DNA of 63,187 nucleotides, the filler included, from Nitrospinae bacterium RIFCSPLOWO2_12_FULL_45_22 (lineage in GTDB: Bacteria > 2-12-FULL-45-22), in assembly GCA_001803565.1 (NCBI GenBank). It is 9 parts of 9 records of this genome, joined end to end, with 100 filler letters (N's around TTAATTAATTAA, not from the genome) between each part and the next. Parts side by side here need not be neighbours in the genome. Positions count along the whole stretch, not along the records: positions 7,910 to 15,143 come from MHDQ01000233.1; positions 15,244 to 22,281 come from MHDQ01000234.1; 7 more parts are not named here. One strand, 5' to 3'. Position 1 is the first letter of the stretch. Each line of letters opens with the position of its first letter. The notes below the pieces were generated by a model that saw only the letters and a list, made by a program, of their open reading frames with translations, was not told the DNA's origin and made no database searches. The translations under genes and the position numbers were made by a program. Shown in pieces: positions 9,381-20,275 of the stretch.

Positions 9381-10970
9381 TTAATTTAACTTGCTCCTAC
9401 CATTTAATCTAAACTGCCCTACCATTTCTTTAAGTTCCAGGGCCAGATTACTCAAATCTTTACAAGACGTCCAGGACTGCTGAGAAGCAGTAGCAGTCTG
9501 CCTGGATATAGTAGCTACAGAAACCACATTAGAGGATATCTCATCCGCCGCGGCCGACTGCTGGTCAGCGGCAGTAGCAATCTGGTTGATCATGTCAGTA
9601 ACCCGGTTAACGGCATCTATGATCTCATGCAAGGCACCTCCTGCTTTGAGGGCCAGTTGTACTCCAGACTCCACCTCTTTAGTCCCAGCATCCATAGAGG
9701 ATACTGCCCCGGATATTCCTTTCTGGATAGACTTAATCATCTCAGCTATCTCTTTAGTAGCTTTAGTAGTTCGTTCCGCAAGTTTTCTGACTTCATCGGC
9801 AACTACGGCAAAACCCCGGCCCTGTTCCCCGGCCCGGGCCGCTTCAATAGCAGCATTAAGGGCCAATAGATTGGTCTGATCAGCAATGTCATCAATGACG
9901 GCTACGATTTCTCCGATCTGCTGGGAGGATTTACCTAGCTCCTCGACAGTCTTAGCGGAGTCTTTTACCGATTTAGCAATACTATTCATCCCTTCAACGG
10001 TTTTAGAAACTACATCACCCCCCTGGGTGGCAGTATGGACTGCTGTTTTAGCCGATTCAGCCGCCTGGGCAGAGCTTTTTGCCACCTGGATAACGGTAGC
10101 AGACATCTCCTCAATGGCAGTGCTTACCTGCTCAGCCTGTGAGGTTTGTTGATCTGCCCCTTCGGCTATTTGTTTGGTCGTGGCTGCCAGCCCCTCCACT
10201 GAGGTAGATACCAGACTAGAACTAGAGACAACTTTATGGATCATCTCCTCGAGTGAGAGGCACATATTATTAAAAGTACTCCCCAACTGACCGATCTCGT
10301 CCCTGGCTTTTATATCAACTCTCTGCCTCAAATCACCATTGGCCATCTCTTTAAATGACGCTAGCAAGGAATTAACTGGGTGACTGATCCCTTTAGATAG
10401 GAAATACCCCCCGATAATTGAGCCAGCAAAACATATTAGCAAGACGAAAAGCATCCTGGACCTCATTTTATAAGTACTTTCCAGGGCTTCATCTTTAAAG
10501 GCATTTATTACTAATACCCAGCCGGTTTGCTTATAGGGCTTAAAGGCCCCGATATAATCTTTCCTATCCCAGTTATACTCAATTACCCCGCTCCCTCGAG
10601 CCAGGATTGCTTTAACAAAATTCTGTTCTTTTAACTCTGGAGTTTTTAATCTACCGTTACCGTTGACCAGGACTTTACCTTCTCTATTTAATAGATAGGC
10701 AAATCCCTCCTGACCTACCTTTACCTCCTGTATCTTATCGGCAATCATCTTTGCCCGGCTGGCTTCATCTAAGTTGCTGCCCTGGATTACAGAAAGGATG
10801 CCTTCGGTCTCCATTAACTTTAAGTCTGCCAGACTGGTCAATTTCTCTTCCACGGACTCTAATAGTCCCTTCCTTGCCCCTGAATAGGCTAAAAACCCTA
10901 CCAGGGTCGAAGGTACAATCACCAATAAAGAGAAAATGGTCATCAATTTTTTTCCTATAGTCCAACTCAT
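9381..10970 (-). CDS. Methyl-accepting chemotaxis protein (Cache-type sensor, HAMP, MCP signal domain)
   Basis: TM-Cache ([17 protein letters not shown]...GWVLV)-TM-HAMP ([14 protein letters not shown]) plus MCP signature. Confidence 0.93.
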   Translation of the reverse strand: MSWTIGKKLMTIFSLLVIVPSTLVGFLAYSGARKGLLESVEEKLTSLADLKLMETEGILSVIQGSNLDEASRAKMIADKIQEVKVGQEGFAYLLNREGKVLVNGNGRLKTPELKEQNFVKAILARGSGVIEYNWDRKDYIGAFKPYKQTGWVLVINAFKDEALESTYKMRSRMLFVLLICFAGSIIGGYFLSKGISHPVNSLLASFKEMANGDLRQRVDIKARDEIGQLGSTFNNMCLSLEEMIHKVVSSSSLVSTSVEGLAATTKQIAEGADQQTSQAEQVSTAIEEMSATVIQVAKSSAQAAESAKTAVHTATQGGDVVSKTVEGMNSIAKSVKDSAKTVEELGKSSQQIGEIVAVIDDIADQTNLLALNAAIEAARAGEQGRGFAVVADEVRKLAERTTKATKEIAEMIKSIQKGISGAVSSMDAGTKEVESGVQLALKAGGALHEIIDAVNRVTDMINQIATAADQQSAAADEISSNVVSVATISRQTATASQQSWTSCKDLSNLALELKEMVGQFRLNGRSKLN

Positions 10971-11227
10971 GGTTGTTCCTCCAGAGCTATGTACTGACCT
11001 GGATTGGGGAGGTAGACAATCCCCCTCTCCCCAAACAAATTCTTGAAATTAGCAGTTAACCTGCATTATGCCTGCCTAATTTTTCCAGCGTTATTCACCA
11101 TTCATCACCGCAAAGATGGGTATATTGTAAGGAGTGAGGAGTTAGCAGTATGCAGTTAACTGCTCACCCCTTACTGAACTTTGCGCTTTGCGGGGCATAA
11201 TTGCAGGATATGTGCCCCGTGATGGTT

Positions 11228-11581
11228 CTACAGTTTATCCTGAAATTCTCTAGATATGCCCTCTAGTACCTGGAGATAATTCATTGCTCCACCTATATCA
11301 CGGGTGCTGATACTCTCTTCTAATTTATCCACAAACATACCGAAGGTAGCTACTTTCTGAGAATCTACTACCTTGACTAAAGTTGGTACGAGATCTCCAT
11401 AGCTAGTCTTTAGTCGCTTAAGGCTATCCAGGGCAGCCCGGGCATTGGTTCGATAGTTCTGCTGACAGTTAGTCAGCTCGGCGGTTATTGTATCCAGGCC
11501 GGCCTCACTCCAGGTGGGTACCGCTGCTAAAAATAAAATCCCTAATACCGACAGAGATATTACCTTAATCATTTTCTGCAT
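11228..11581 (-). CDS. Hypothetical secreted helical protein
   Basis: RBS GAGGGGGTG before MQKMIK; signal-peptide-like VISLSVLGILFLAAVPTWSEA. Confidence 0.6.
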   Translation of the reverse strand: MQKMIKVISLSVLGILFLAAVPTWSEAGLDTITAELTNCQQNYRTNARAALDSLKRLKTSYGDLVPTLVKVVDSQKVATFGMFVDKLEESISTRDIGGAMNYLQVLEGISREFQDKL

Positions 11582-11778
11582 AGTTTCACCCCCTCTCTTT
11601 CTCTTATTCATTCTCTCCCTTTCACCCTCTTACTTTTCGGCAGAAATCAATTTTTTATTAGAAAAATTTTTTGTAACTCAGTCTGTAGAGGTATTATTAC
11701 CTGACGGGCAATAATGAAAGGGTTAAATGTGTGGGCTGTTTCCCGGGCAGAACCCCGCGTTTAACCCTGCACGTTTAA

Positions 11779-11807
11779 TTGACAAGGGGGGATTTTTGGA
11801 TGATAAT
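11779..11807 (+). promoter_or_regulatory. Sigma70-type promoter upstream of ribF
   Basis: TTGACA-17 nt-GATAAT. Confidence 0.6.
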
Positions 11808-11890
11808 AAAAGTCTTTGTACTCGGCAAAATTATTACATTATTCACTCCAAAGAGCCGTAGGGTAAGGTGACTAGATAAAGGGAAATGCC

Positions 11891-12814
11891 ATGAGAATCA
11901 TCCGTGATTTGTCAACTGACAAAAAAGATTTATCAAATCTGGTACTGACTATTGGTAACTTTGATGGGGTACACCTGGGCCACCAGGCCATCTTTAAAAA
12001 GCTGACCCAGCGGGCGGCCGAGTTAGAAGGTGTAAGCGCGGTCTTGACTTTTGATCCCCATCCCTCAAAAATCCTGCGCTCTACGGCATCTATACCCCTC
12101 TTGACCCCCTTTGAAGAAAAGATGAGATTATTAGAGGATCTAGGTATCCAGTCGGTTATTTGTATCGCTTTCACGGCTGACTTTGCCCGGTTGACCAAGG
12201 AAGAGTTTGTAGAAAAGGTTTTGAGCCAATCTTTGGCGGTAAAAGAATTGTTTGTAGGCCACGATTTCGCCTTTGGCTTTCGACGAGAAGGAAGCCTGAA
12301 ATTCCTCCAGGAGATGGGAAAGGATCGGGGCTTTAAAGTTAATGTAGTTGATCCCGTAGAAATAAATGGCACTATAGTAAGCAGCTCTTTGATCAGGCGG
12401 TTGGTTCAGGAGGGGGTAGTGTCTCAAGCCTCTACTATGCTTGGAAGGAATTATGTGATTACAGGCCGGGTAGTTCAGGGGTATAGGGTAGGTAAGAAGC
12501 TGGGATTCCCTACCGCTAATCTTCTCTGTGCTAACAAGTTAATACCGGCTCCGGGTATCTATGCCGTAAAGACCGTATTTAAGGGAAATGAATTCGTAGG
12601 GGTTGTCAATATTGGGACTTGCCCTACTTTTGACCGGGAAGGGCTCAGTGTAGAGGTTCATATCCTGAGCTTCCATCAGGATATCTATGATGAGATGCTA
12701 AAGGTGGAGTTCTATGAGCGGTTACGGGAAGAGAGGCGGTTCGAGTCTCCTGAGGCCCTGGCAGAACAAATCAAAAAAGATATCGAACAGACCGAAAAGA
12801 TAGTCCAGATATGA
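11891..12814 (+). CDS. ribF: Bifunctional riboflavin kinase / FAD synthetase
   Basis: IGNFDGVHLGHQ, TFDPHP, VGHDFAFG, VSSSLIR, LGFPTAN, NIGTCPTF, VEVHI. Confidence 0.95.
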   Translation: MRIIRDLSTDKKDLSNLVLTIGNFDGVHLGHQAIFKKLTQRAAELEGVSAVLTFDPHPSKILRSTASIPLLTPFEEKMRLLEDLGIQSVICIAFTADFARLTKEEFVEKVLSQSLAVKELFVGHDFAFGFRREGSLKFLQEMGKDRGFKVNVVDPVEINGTIVSSSLIRRLVQEGVVSQASTMLGRNYVITGRVVQGYRVGKKLGFPTANLLCANKLIPAPGIYAVKTVFKGNEFVGVVNIGTCPTFDREGLSVEVHILSFHQDIYDEMLKVEFYERLREERRFESPEALAEQIKKDIEQTEKIVQI

Positions 12815-13806
12815 ACCTGAAGTTTTGGCTCGGGATAATTATCAGCCTGGTTTTAATGGTTATTATATTTTACCAGGTTGATTTCACAGAAGTGGTTACT
12901 GCCCTAAAATCCGTTAACTATCTTTTATTAATCCCGGCAGCAATGATATTGATCCTTACTATATTAATCAGGGCTTTCCGCTGGAAATATCTACTAAAAC
13001 CAGTAAAGACCGTCCGGCTATATAATCTATTCTCTGCTACTTCTATAGGCTTTATGGCCAATATGATCCTCCCAGCCCGTTTAGGAGAGTTTATCCGGGC
13101 ATATCTTATTGGCCAGAGAGAAGATATTAGTAAGAGCGCTTCGCTGGCTACAATAGTAGTAGAGAGATTATGGGATATCCTTATATTGCTCCTCTTCCTG
13201 GGCCTGATCCTTCTGGTGACTCCTTTAGCCAGGGGAGACTCATCGCTAGAAGAAGGGTTGAAGTGGGGCGGGGGTATTTCTCTTACTATTTTATTTGCCA
13301 TGCTGCTATCTCTAGTATTACTGAAAGAAAAGACCACAGCTTCATTGAGCATAGTGCAGACAATAATGAATCCCTTGTCTGCTACCTTATCCTTGAAGGT
13401 AGAGAATTTTATCTCCTCTTTTGCGGCTGGCCTGGGTACTATTAAGGGTAATAAAGACCTGATCTATATAGCCCTATGGTCTTTTATCTTATGGGTGGTA
13501 TCAGCCCTTTCTATGCACATCATATTCTTTGCCTTCCACATTTATCTACCTTTCTATGCCCCTTTTTTCCTTATTGTGCTCCAGGCTTTTGGAGTAGCCC
13601 TACCCTCATCACCCGGCTTCATAGGTACCTATCATGTTGCTACTATTGCTGGCCTAACCCTCCTGGGTATCCCGAAAGAACAAGCCCTGAGTATCGCTAT
13701 TGTTATGCATGCCTCTTTTTTTGTCCCTATGATCGTCCTGGGTATATCCCTTTTGTGGCTGGAGGGTCTTTCATTAGCCCAAATCCGAAATATCTCTAAA
13801 CCCTAA
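12811..13806 (+). CDS. Lysylphosphatidylglycerol synthase TM-domain / flippase-like membrane protein (UPF0104)
   Basis: RAFRWKYLL, GFMANMILPARLGEFIR, VVERLWD, PSSPGFIGTYH; polytopic membrane protein. Confidence 0.88.
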   Translation: MNLKFWLGIIISLVLMVIIFYQVDFTEVVTALKSVNYLLLIPAAMILILTILIRAFRWKYLLKPVKTVRLYNLFSATSIGFMANMILPARLGEFIRAYLIGQREDISKSASLATIVVERLWDILILLLFLGLILLVTPLARGDSSLEEGLKWGGGISLTILFAMLLSLVLLKEKTTASLSIVQTIMNPLSATLSLKVENFISSFAAGLGTIKGNKDLIYIALWSFILWVVSALSMHIIFFAFHIYLPFYAPFFLIVLQAFGVALPSSPGFIGTYHVATIAGLTLLGIPKEQALSIAIVMHASFFVPMIVLGISLLWLEGLSLAQIRNISKP

Positions 13807-13863
13807 CTGGGTTAAGTTGAACCACAAAAGCACAAAGAGCATGGGTAGAGGAGTAAAAGGTAA

Positions 13864-13991
13864 TTAGGTCATTGGGTCACTAGGTCATTAGGATTCAAGG
13901 GGTGGAGGATTCATGTTTCTCCACTTGAATCCTTAAATCCTCGAATCCTTTGAACCCAATAACCCAATAACCCAATAACCTAATAACCTAA
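13864..13991. repeat. Nested inverted arrays of 8-mer repeats (long intergenic hairpin)
   Basis: TTAGGTCA/TTGGGTCA units pair with (CCCAATAA)3 CCTAATAA; inner GGATTCAAGG...GGATTCA pairs with TGAATCC...GAATCC. Confidence 0.75.
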
Positions 13992-13995
13992 AGTT

Positions 13996-15143
13996 ATGGA
14001 GCAGATGGGAATATATTTTGACCATGCAGCTACTTCCTTCCCTAAGCCAGAATCGGTCTATCAAGCAATAGAGCATACTCTGCGCCATGTAGGGGGGAAT
14101 CCGGGCAGGGGTAGTCATAAGAGGGCACTGAATGCCAGTCGCCTGGTATTTAATGCCCGGGAGAAGCTGGCCCAGATCCTAAATATCCCGGACTCAAGCC
14201 ATATTATCTTTACCCTTAATGCCACTGAGGCCCTTAATCTTGCCCTGAAGGGGTTGCTAAAGGATGGAGACCATGTCATTACTTCTAGCCTGGAGCATAA
14301 CTCTGTCCTGAGGCCGCTCAGGGCATTAGAGCAAAAAAGAGGTGTCTCAAAAACTATTATCCCCTGCACACCCGAGGGCTTCATTGATATGGAAGTCCTG
14401 GGAAAATCCCTACAGCGCAATACCCGCTTAATGGTCCTTACCCATGCCTCCAATGTTATTGGTACTATTATGCCGGTAGAGGAAATAAGCCATCTGGTGC
14501 ACAAAAGAGGAGTACTTTTAGTTCTAGATGCTGCCCAAACTGTCGGTACCATGCCTATTGATGTAGGCGAGCTAGGGGTAGACCTTTTAGCTGCCTCAGG
14601 CCATAAAGGACTATTGGGACCCCAGGGGACGGGATTCCTATATATTAAGGAAGGGTTAACATTAGAGCCTTTATTTGAAGGAGGTACCGGGAGCTATTCT
14701 GACTATGAAGAACAACCACCAGAGTTGCCGGATCGGTTTGAGAGTGGCACCCATAATACCCCCGGCATAGCCGGCTTAGGGGCCGGCGTAGAATATCTTC
14801 TTAAAGAAGGATTGGGTAAGGTCTGGCAACATAAAAAGATGCTAACAGCCCTGGCCCTGGAGGCATTAAAAGAAGTCCCTGGTATCCAACTTTATGGGCC
14901 GAAAGAACCAGAGCAGCAAATATCTGTTATATCCTTCAACCTGGCGGGCCATGACCCAACTAGCATAGGGAGGAGCCTGGATGAAGAATTTGATATCCAA
15001 ACCCGTCCCGGCCTCCACTGTGCCCCATTAGCCCACAGAGCGATAGGGAGTTTTCCCCTGGGTACTGTGAGGATCAGTTTTGGCTATTTTAATACCCCAG
15101 CCGAGATTGAATATTTTATTAGTGCCCTAATAAAAATAGGATG
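13996..15143 (+). CDS. Cysteine desulfurase-family class V PLP aminotransferase; last codons lost in gap
   Basis: YFDHAATS, NATEALN, EHNSV, DAAQ, SGHKGLLGPQG (PLP Lys), RPGLHCAP (catalytic Cys), RISFGYFN. Confidence 0.9.
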
Positions 15144-15302
15144 NNNNNNNNNNNNNNNNNNNNNNNNNNNNNNNNNNNNNNNNNNNNTTAATTAATTAAN
15201 NNNNNNNNNNNNNNNNNNNNNNNNNNNNNNNNNNNNNNNNNNNTTATCAAGGGTTTGAGAAGAAATTAATTTTTCCTCTATGATAGGGGTGCGGAATGTG
15301 GG

Positions 15303-17678
15303 TTATATTGTTCCTTCTTCCTTAAGCCGAACCATTTCTTTTTCCGTTAGGCCCAGCATCCCTTGATATATCTCCTGGTTGTGTTGGGCAAAGGTTGGCC
15401 CGGCCCATCTTATCTGACCGGGGGTAAGGGAAAGCTTAGGTATTACGCCAACGGTCTTAAGTCTCCTTGCCCCTGGGACTTCCATCTGTACCAGGTTATT
15501 TCTCGCTGCTATATGGGGGTCAGAAATTATATCTACAGCCGTGTATAATAAGCAGGCAGGCACTTTTGCTTTATTCATGATACGCACCACTTCATCACTC
15601 GCTTTTCCGGCTACCCAGTGTCGTACCATACCTTCCAGCTCTTCCTGATTCTCCCGCCGTCCTTTTGCGTCCTGGAAGCGCTGGTCTATCAGGAGGCCTT
15701 CCCGGCCTATGGCCTTAGCTAAGCCGGCAAAGGCGTTATCATTTGGGACAACGATAGTTACCCAGCGGCCATCTTTAGTCTGATAGTTATCCCCGGGTAC
15801 GCAACCGGGATGGCGGTTTCCTTGCCGCCCGCGTACTATACCGAGCTTATCATATTGAGGAATGGTGGATTCCTGGATCCTTAGGACCGATTCATATAAG
15901 GGAGCATCTACTACCTGTCCCTGGTTACCACCTTGAGCATCGCGCCAGTACAAGGCCAGCATGGTACCAAAGGCATTAAAGACACCGGTCAGCCAATCAC
16001 AAGCCGCCAACCCTACCCGCAACGGTGGTCCTTCCGGGTAACCGGTGAGATGCATCAGTCCACTAAAGGCCAGGCCAATGCGGTCAAAGCCCGGCTGCGA
16101 GCTATAAGGGCCATCCTGACCATAGCCAGAAACCCTGACCATGACTATCCCCGGGTTGATCTGCCTCAGGGTTTCAAAGCCCAAACCCCATTTCTCAAAG
16201 GTACCGGGACGGAAATTCTCTGTCACCACCTCTGCTTGGCGGGTAAGTTCCTTGAAGAGCCTTTGCCCCTCGGGCTTGCGCAGGTCTAACGAGATAGCCC
16301 TTTTATTCCGGTGCAAATCAGCCCAGAATAAAGATTGGTCGTTCACCAGGGGTGGGATGCGACGCACGGACTCACCCTGGCCCGGTATTTCTATCTTGAT
16401 AACTTCTGCGCCAAACTCGGATAGTAAGGTAGGACCGAAGGGGCCGGCACCCATTGTGGCCGGTTCCAAAATGCGGATTCCTGCCAGAGCATTTGCCGGG
16501 ATAGGGCTCATAGTTTTTGGAGGCGTTCTAAGTTCGCGGAGTTTTGTCGAGAGTATTTCAGGGTTATGGTGCCCCAAGGGTGGCCCTGCCCAGTCTACCT
16601 TTCCAGCAGTATGACTGAGCCGTGGCACTACATTCACCATCTTAACCTGATCACCAGTCAGATCCCTTGCCTCAATAATATTCTCTCTGGCTTGGACATG
16701 TTGGTCTTTAAAGACCATCGCCACATCATATACCGCATTAACCGGGACCTGGGCCTGGTTCAACATAGTTATTACTTGTTTTTGGGTTAAACCTCTGACC
16801 CACTCCCTTACCATAGCCTCTATTACTAGACCATTCTCTACCCGCTTGGGCCCAGTGGTAAACCTGGGGTCATGCGCTAGCTCTTCTCGCCCCATCGCCT
16901 TAGCCAACCGGGCAAATATAACATCTGAGACCGTGGTTAAGACTACCCACCGGTCATCCCTGGTGAGATAACAATCTCCCGGGGCCACCGACTGGGGTAA
17001 GGTATTACCGGTTCGCTCACGGATTATCCCCAGCGTATCATAGGCAGAAACAGTATATTCCGATATGCGCAAGATAGCTTCATACAAGGCCAGATCAATC
17101 CACTGCCCCCTACCTCCCCGGGTATCCCGCCAGAAAAGGGCTATAAGAGATGCCAGGGAACCTAAGGCCCCGGTTAAATAATGGGCATATGCTACACCGC
17201 AGCTTACGGGTGGTAAATCTGGTGTACCGGTGACGTAAGTCAAGCCACCCATGGCCTGGGCGATCCGGTCTTCCCCTGCCAGGTCTTTATAGGGACCGGA
17301 TTGACCAAAGGGTGAGACCCGTAGCAAGACCAGGCCAGGATTTTCCGCCTCAAGACCCTCATAGGACATGCCTAGCGCTTCCAATCCGCCCGGTCCTAAA
17401 TCCTCTATCAGCAGGTCGGTCCCTCGGATCAGGTCTACCACGACTTTTCGCTCTTGTTGCTTTTGCAGGTCAATAGCCAGGGATTTTTTATTCCTGGCCT
17501 CTACTGCCCATAGCAGAGAGGAGTGATTATAAAAAGGTGGAACCTGCCGTAAGGGATGGCCATTTGGCTCCTCTACCAGGATTACCTCTGCGCCAAAATC
17601 TGCTAACAAAACCCCAGCGAAAGAACCTGCCAAAGTACGGCTCAATTCTATAACTCTTAATCCTTCCAGTGGTCTCAT
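15303..17678 (-). CDS. Family III (CaiB/BaiF) CoA-transferase with two tandem domains in one chain
   Basis: PLEGLRVIEL...LADFGAEVI...RNKKS is repeated as ALAGIRILE...LSEFGAEVIKIE...RNKRA; ENFRPG. Confidence 0.92.
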   Translation of the reverse strand: MRPLEGLRVIELSRTLAGSFAGVLLADFGAEVILVEEPNGHPLRQVPPFYNHSSLLWAVEARNKKSLAIDLQKQQERKVVVDLIRGTDLLIEDLGPGGLEALGMSYEGLEAENPGLVLLRVSPFGQSGPYKDLAGEDRIAQAMGGLTYVTGTPDLPPVSCGVAYAHYLTGALGSLASLIALFWRDTRGGRGQWIDLALYEAILRISEYTVSAYDTLGIIRERTGNTLPQSVAPGDCYLTRDDRWVVLTTVSDVIFARLAKAMGREELAHDPRFTTGPKRVENGLVIEAMVREWVRGLTQKQVITMLNQAQVPVNAVYDVAMVFKDQHVQARENIIEARDLTGDQVKMVNVVPRLSHTAGKVDWAGPPLGHHNPEILSTKLRELRTPPKTMSPIPANALAGIRILEPATMGAGPFGPTLLSEFGAEVIKIEIPGQGESVRRIPPLVNDQSLFWADLHRNKRAISLDLRKPEGQRLFKELTRQAEVVTENFRPGTFEKWGLGFETLRQINPGIVMVRVSGYGQDGPYSSQPGFDRIGLAFSGLMHLTGYPEGPPLRVGLAACDWLTGVFNAFGTMLALYWRDAQGGNQGQVVDAPLYESVLRIQESTIPQYDKLGIVRGRQGNRHPGCVPGDNYQTKDGRWVTIVVPNDNAFAGLAKAIGREGLLIDQRFQDAKGRRENQEELEGMVRHWVAGKASDEVVRIMNKAKVPACLLYTAVDIISDPHIAARNNLVQMEVPGARRLKTVGVIPKLSLTPGQIRWAGPTFAQHNQEIYQGMLGLTEKEMVRLKEEGTI

Positions 17679-17702
17679 GGCTTTTTACCTCCCTTTCACG
17701 GG

Positions 17703-18202
17703 CTATCTACCTCGGAATACCGGCTTTCGTTTCTCCAGAAAGGCACTTACCCCTTCTTTCTGGTCTTCGGTAGCCATAAGGTAGAGCATAACGTCCAGGG
17801 AATGTTTATACTCCTCACCACCCAAAAAGCGATTTACTGAGGCCTTGTAGACCCGCAGGGCAAGGGGGGCAACGCTCATCAACTTTCCGGCCAATTCCAT
17901 ACAGTTGTCCATCAGTTGTTCATGAGGCACAACTTTATTAATCAGTCCAATCCGTAAAGCCTCCTGGGCAGAGATAGGGTCACCGGTCATGATCATCTCT
18001 TTGGCCCTGGCCATACCTACTACTTGATGGAGACGAATAATAAGGAAGCCGGGTAATAGACCCACTTTGATCTCTGGCCCGCCAAAGGTAGCCCTATCTG
18101 AGGCAATGATCATATCACAGGCCAGGGCCAGCTCACAACCCCCGCCGAATGCCAAACCGTTTCATCTTCTCCCTTCGCCTCCTTCTTTGTAGTTATTGTC
18201 AT
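17703..18202 (-). pseudogene. Enoyl-CoA hydratase/isomerase with out-of-frame internal deletion
   Basis: RBS AGGAGG and ATG at 18202 give MTITTKKEAKGEDET, then the sequence jumps out of frame to NGLAFGGGCELALACD...PEIKVG...AFLEKRKPVF; about 100 codons are missing. Confidence 0.8.
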
Positions 18203-18296
18203 TTTGTTCCTCCTTGCAATAGTGCACGTCCTAAAAAAGTTAATATCTGATGGGCTGTAATTGCTTTTATCGTTCACTAAATAGCCTTAGACATAG

Positions 18297-20267
18297 CTAG
18301 CCAGGAAGAGATGCGCGAGAGATGATCTCATCATAGCGCTGATCTATCTCAGCCTGGATCAGGGTGACCTGATCTGGACTGAGGTGAGAGAAGCGGCCTT
18401 GCTCGGAGAGATACTCTTCCACCGGTTTTCTTTCTTTAACCAACTTGGTTATCCTCCGTTGGCCATTTTCATATTCATATAGGACGGTGAACCCGGTCTC
18501 TACCGCCAGCCGGGCTAGCTCGACGGTCAGATGAGTATCATACTCCCAACCCGTGGGGCAGGGGGCCAAAACATGGATAAAGGCAGGCTTGCCTGATTCT
18601 CTGGCCCTTCGGGCCTTTCTGATCAAGTCGTGGGGATAGGCAATAGAGCCGGTAGCGGCGTACACGTCTCCATGGGCCTCTATTATCTTCATGATGTCCT
18701 TCTTACGCTCCTGTTTACCACCCGGGGTAGTCTTGGTCTTGCTAAATAGGGGGGTAGCTCCGCTTCGCTGCACCCCAGTATTCATATAAGCTTCATTATC
18801 ATAGCACATATATACTACCTGGTGTCCTCTCTCTAATGCCGCTGATAGGGTCTGTAACCCAATATCAAAGATCCCTCCATCTCCGCCATAGAGAAAGATA
18901 TCCATCTCCTTGTTCTTCTTTCTAAGACCCACCTCCACACCGCTTATCGCCCCACCGGCATGGCTGAAGGTAAACATCGTATAGGGGACCTTCCAGGCCG
19001 TGAGGGGGAATATAGCCATGGCCCCCAGGCAGCCGGCATTCATAGATACGACAGTATCCTTACCAAAGACGCTGGAAACGACACGAACCGCAATCAAACC
19101 ACCGCAGCCAGGACAAAAGGGATTACCCCGGCACAGGAGGGGTTCACCTTCTTTGACCAGTTCTCTAGCAACTTGTTCCCCTTCAGTTAATTTCTTGAAA
19201 TTATGATAGCCACTTATTTTCTGGTTAGTCTCTCTGAAATTCAGGTTATACCAGCGGGGAAATTCCTCTTCTTCTTCCCAGGCCACATCCACCAGTTTTT
19301 CTATATCGGTCTGGAAGATATCCCTACTCCCTATGATAAAATTAGAGACCAGTGCCCCGGTCCGGCGCAAAGCGAAACCTACCTCAATATACAATATCCC
19401 CTCGCTACCGGGAGAACAGGCCCGGTCTAAAACCAATACCTTTTTGGTATGGGACAAGGCCTGCTTGATATCTTCTTCCGGGAAGGGTCGGAAACACCTT
19501 ATCTTCAATAAACCGATCTTCACCCCTCTTTTCCGGTAGGCATCAACCGCCTCTCTACAGATCCCTACCACCGCCCCCATGGCTACTAATACTAATTCAG
19601 CGTCATCGACCCTATATGACTCGATAAGTCCATTGCCATAAGACCGGCCAAACATCTGACTATATTCATCATGGGCTTCTCTTATCACCCCCCTGGCATT
19701 TTGCATGGCTATATATTGCTGATACTTGGCCTCGGGATAATCAGAAAAGGTGCCACAGCCCTGAGATATGGGATACCCTGGATCGATAAAACCATGTTTT
19801 GGTTGGTATGCGGGGAGGAAAAGGTCTACCTTTTCTGCCGGTGGTACATCAACCAATTCATAGGTATGGGAGATCCTGAACCCCTCCAGTACTACAAAGG
19901 CCGGCAGCAGGACTTTTTCATTCTCACAGATCTTGTAAGCCATGATAATAGAATCCAGGGCCTCTTGAGAGTCTTCGCAATAGAATTGGAGAAAGCTGGC
20001 ATCCCTCTCTGAAAGACTATCGGAGAAGTCGGCATCGAAAGTCTGAGGCGAGCCGATCGCCCGGCTGGTATCCGCTACTACCATAGGTAAGGCCATGCCG
20101 GAGGCCATCCATAGGACCTCCTTGGCCAGGGCTATACCCTGGGCACAGGTACAGGTGAAGGTCCGGCAACCCGCGGCGGCGGCCCCGGCACAGATATTAA
20201 CAGCTCCCAGCTCCGACTCGGCATTGACCGATTCAGCATCGAGCTCCCCCCGTTCAATAAGTTTCAT
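18297..20267 (-). CDS. 2-oxoacid (pyruvate-type):ferredoxin oxidoreductase alpha-beta fusion, N-terminus missing
   Basis: Alpha motifs ESELGA, TCTCAQG, LKIRCFRPFP, VLDR; beta motifs CPGCG, AGC, GGDGG...YDNEAYMNTG, PCPTGW; the YPITP motif is absent. Confidence 0.85.
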   Translation of the reverse strand: MKLIERGELDAESVNAESELGAVNICAGAAAAGCRTFTCTCAQGIALAKEVLWMASGMALPMVVADTSRAIGSPQTFDADFSDSLSERDASFLQFYCEDSQEALDSIIMAYKICENEKVLLPAFVVLEGFRISHTYELVDVPPAEKVDLFLPAYQPKHGFIDPGYPISQGCGTFSDYPEAKYQQYIAMQNARGVIREAHDEYSQMFGRSYGNGLIESYRVDDAELVLVAMGAVVGICREAVDAYRKRGVKIGLLKIRCFRPFPEEDIKQALSHTKKVLVLDRACSPGSEGILYIEVGFALRRTGALVSNFIIGSRDIFQTDIEKLVDVAWEEEEEFPRWYNLNFRETNQKISGYHNFKKLTEGEQVARELVKEGEPLLCRGNPFCPGCGGLIAVRVVSSVFGKDTVVSMNAGCLGAMAIFPLTAWKVPYTMFTFSHAGGAISGVEVGLRKKNKEMDIFLYGGDGGIFDIGLQTLSAALERGHQVVYMCYDNEAYMNTGVQRSGATPLFSKTKTTPGGKQERKKDIMKIIEAHGDVYAATGSIAYPHDLIRKARRARESGKPAFIHVLAPCPTGWEYDTHLTVELARLAVETGFTVLYEYENGQRRITKLVKERKPVEEYLSEQGRFSHLSPDQVTLIQAEIDQRYDEIISRASLPG

Positions 20268-20275
20268 AAGCGCTT

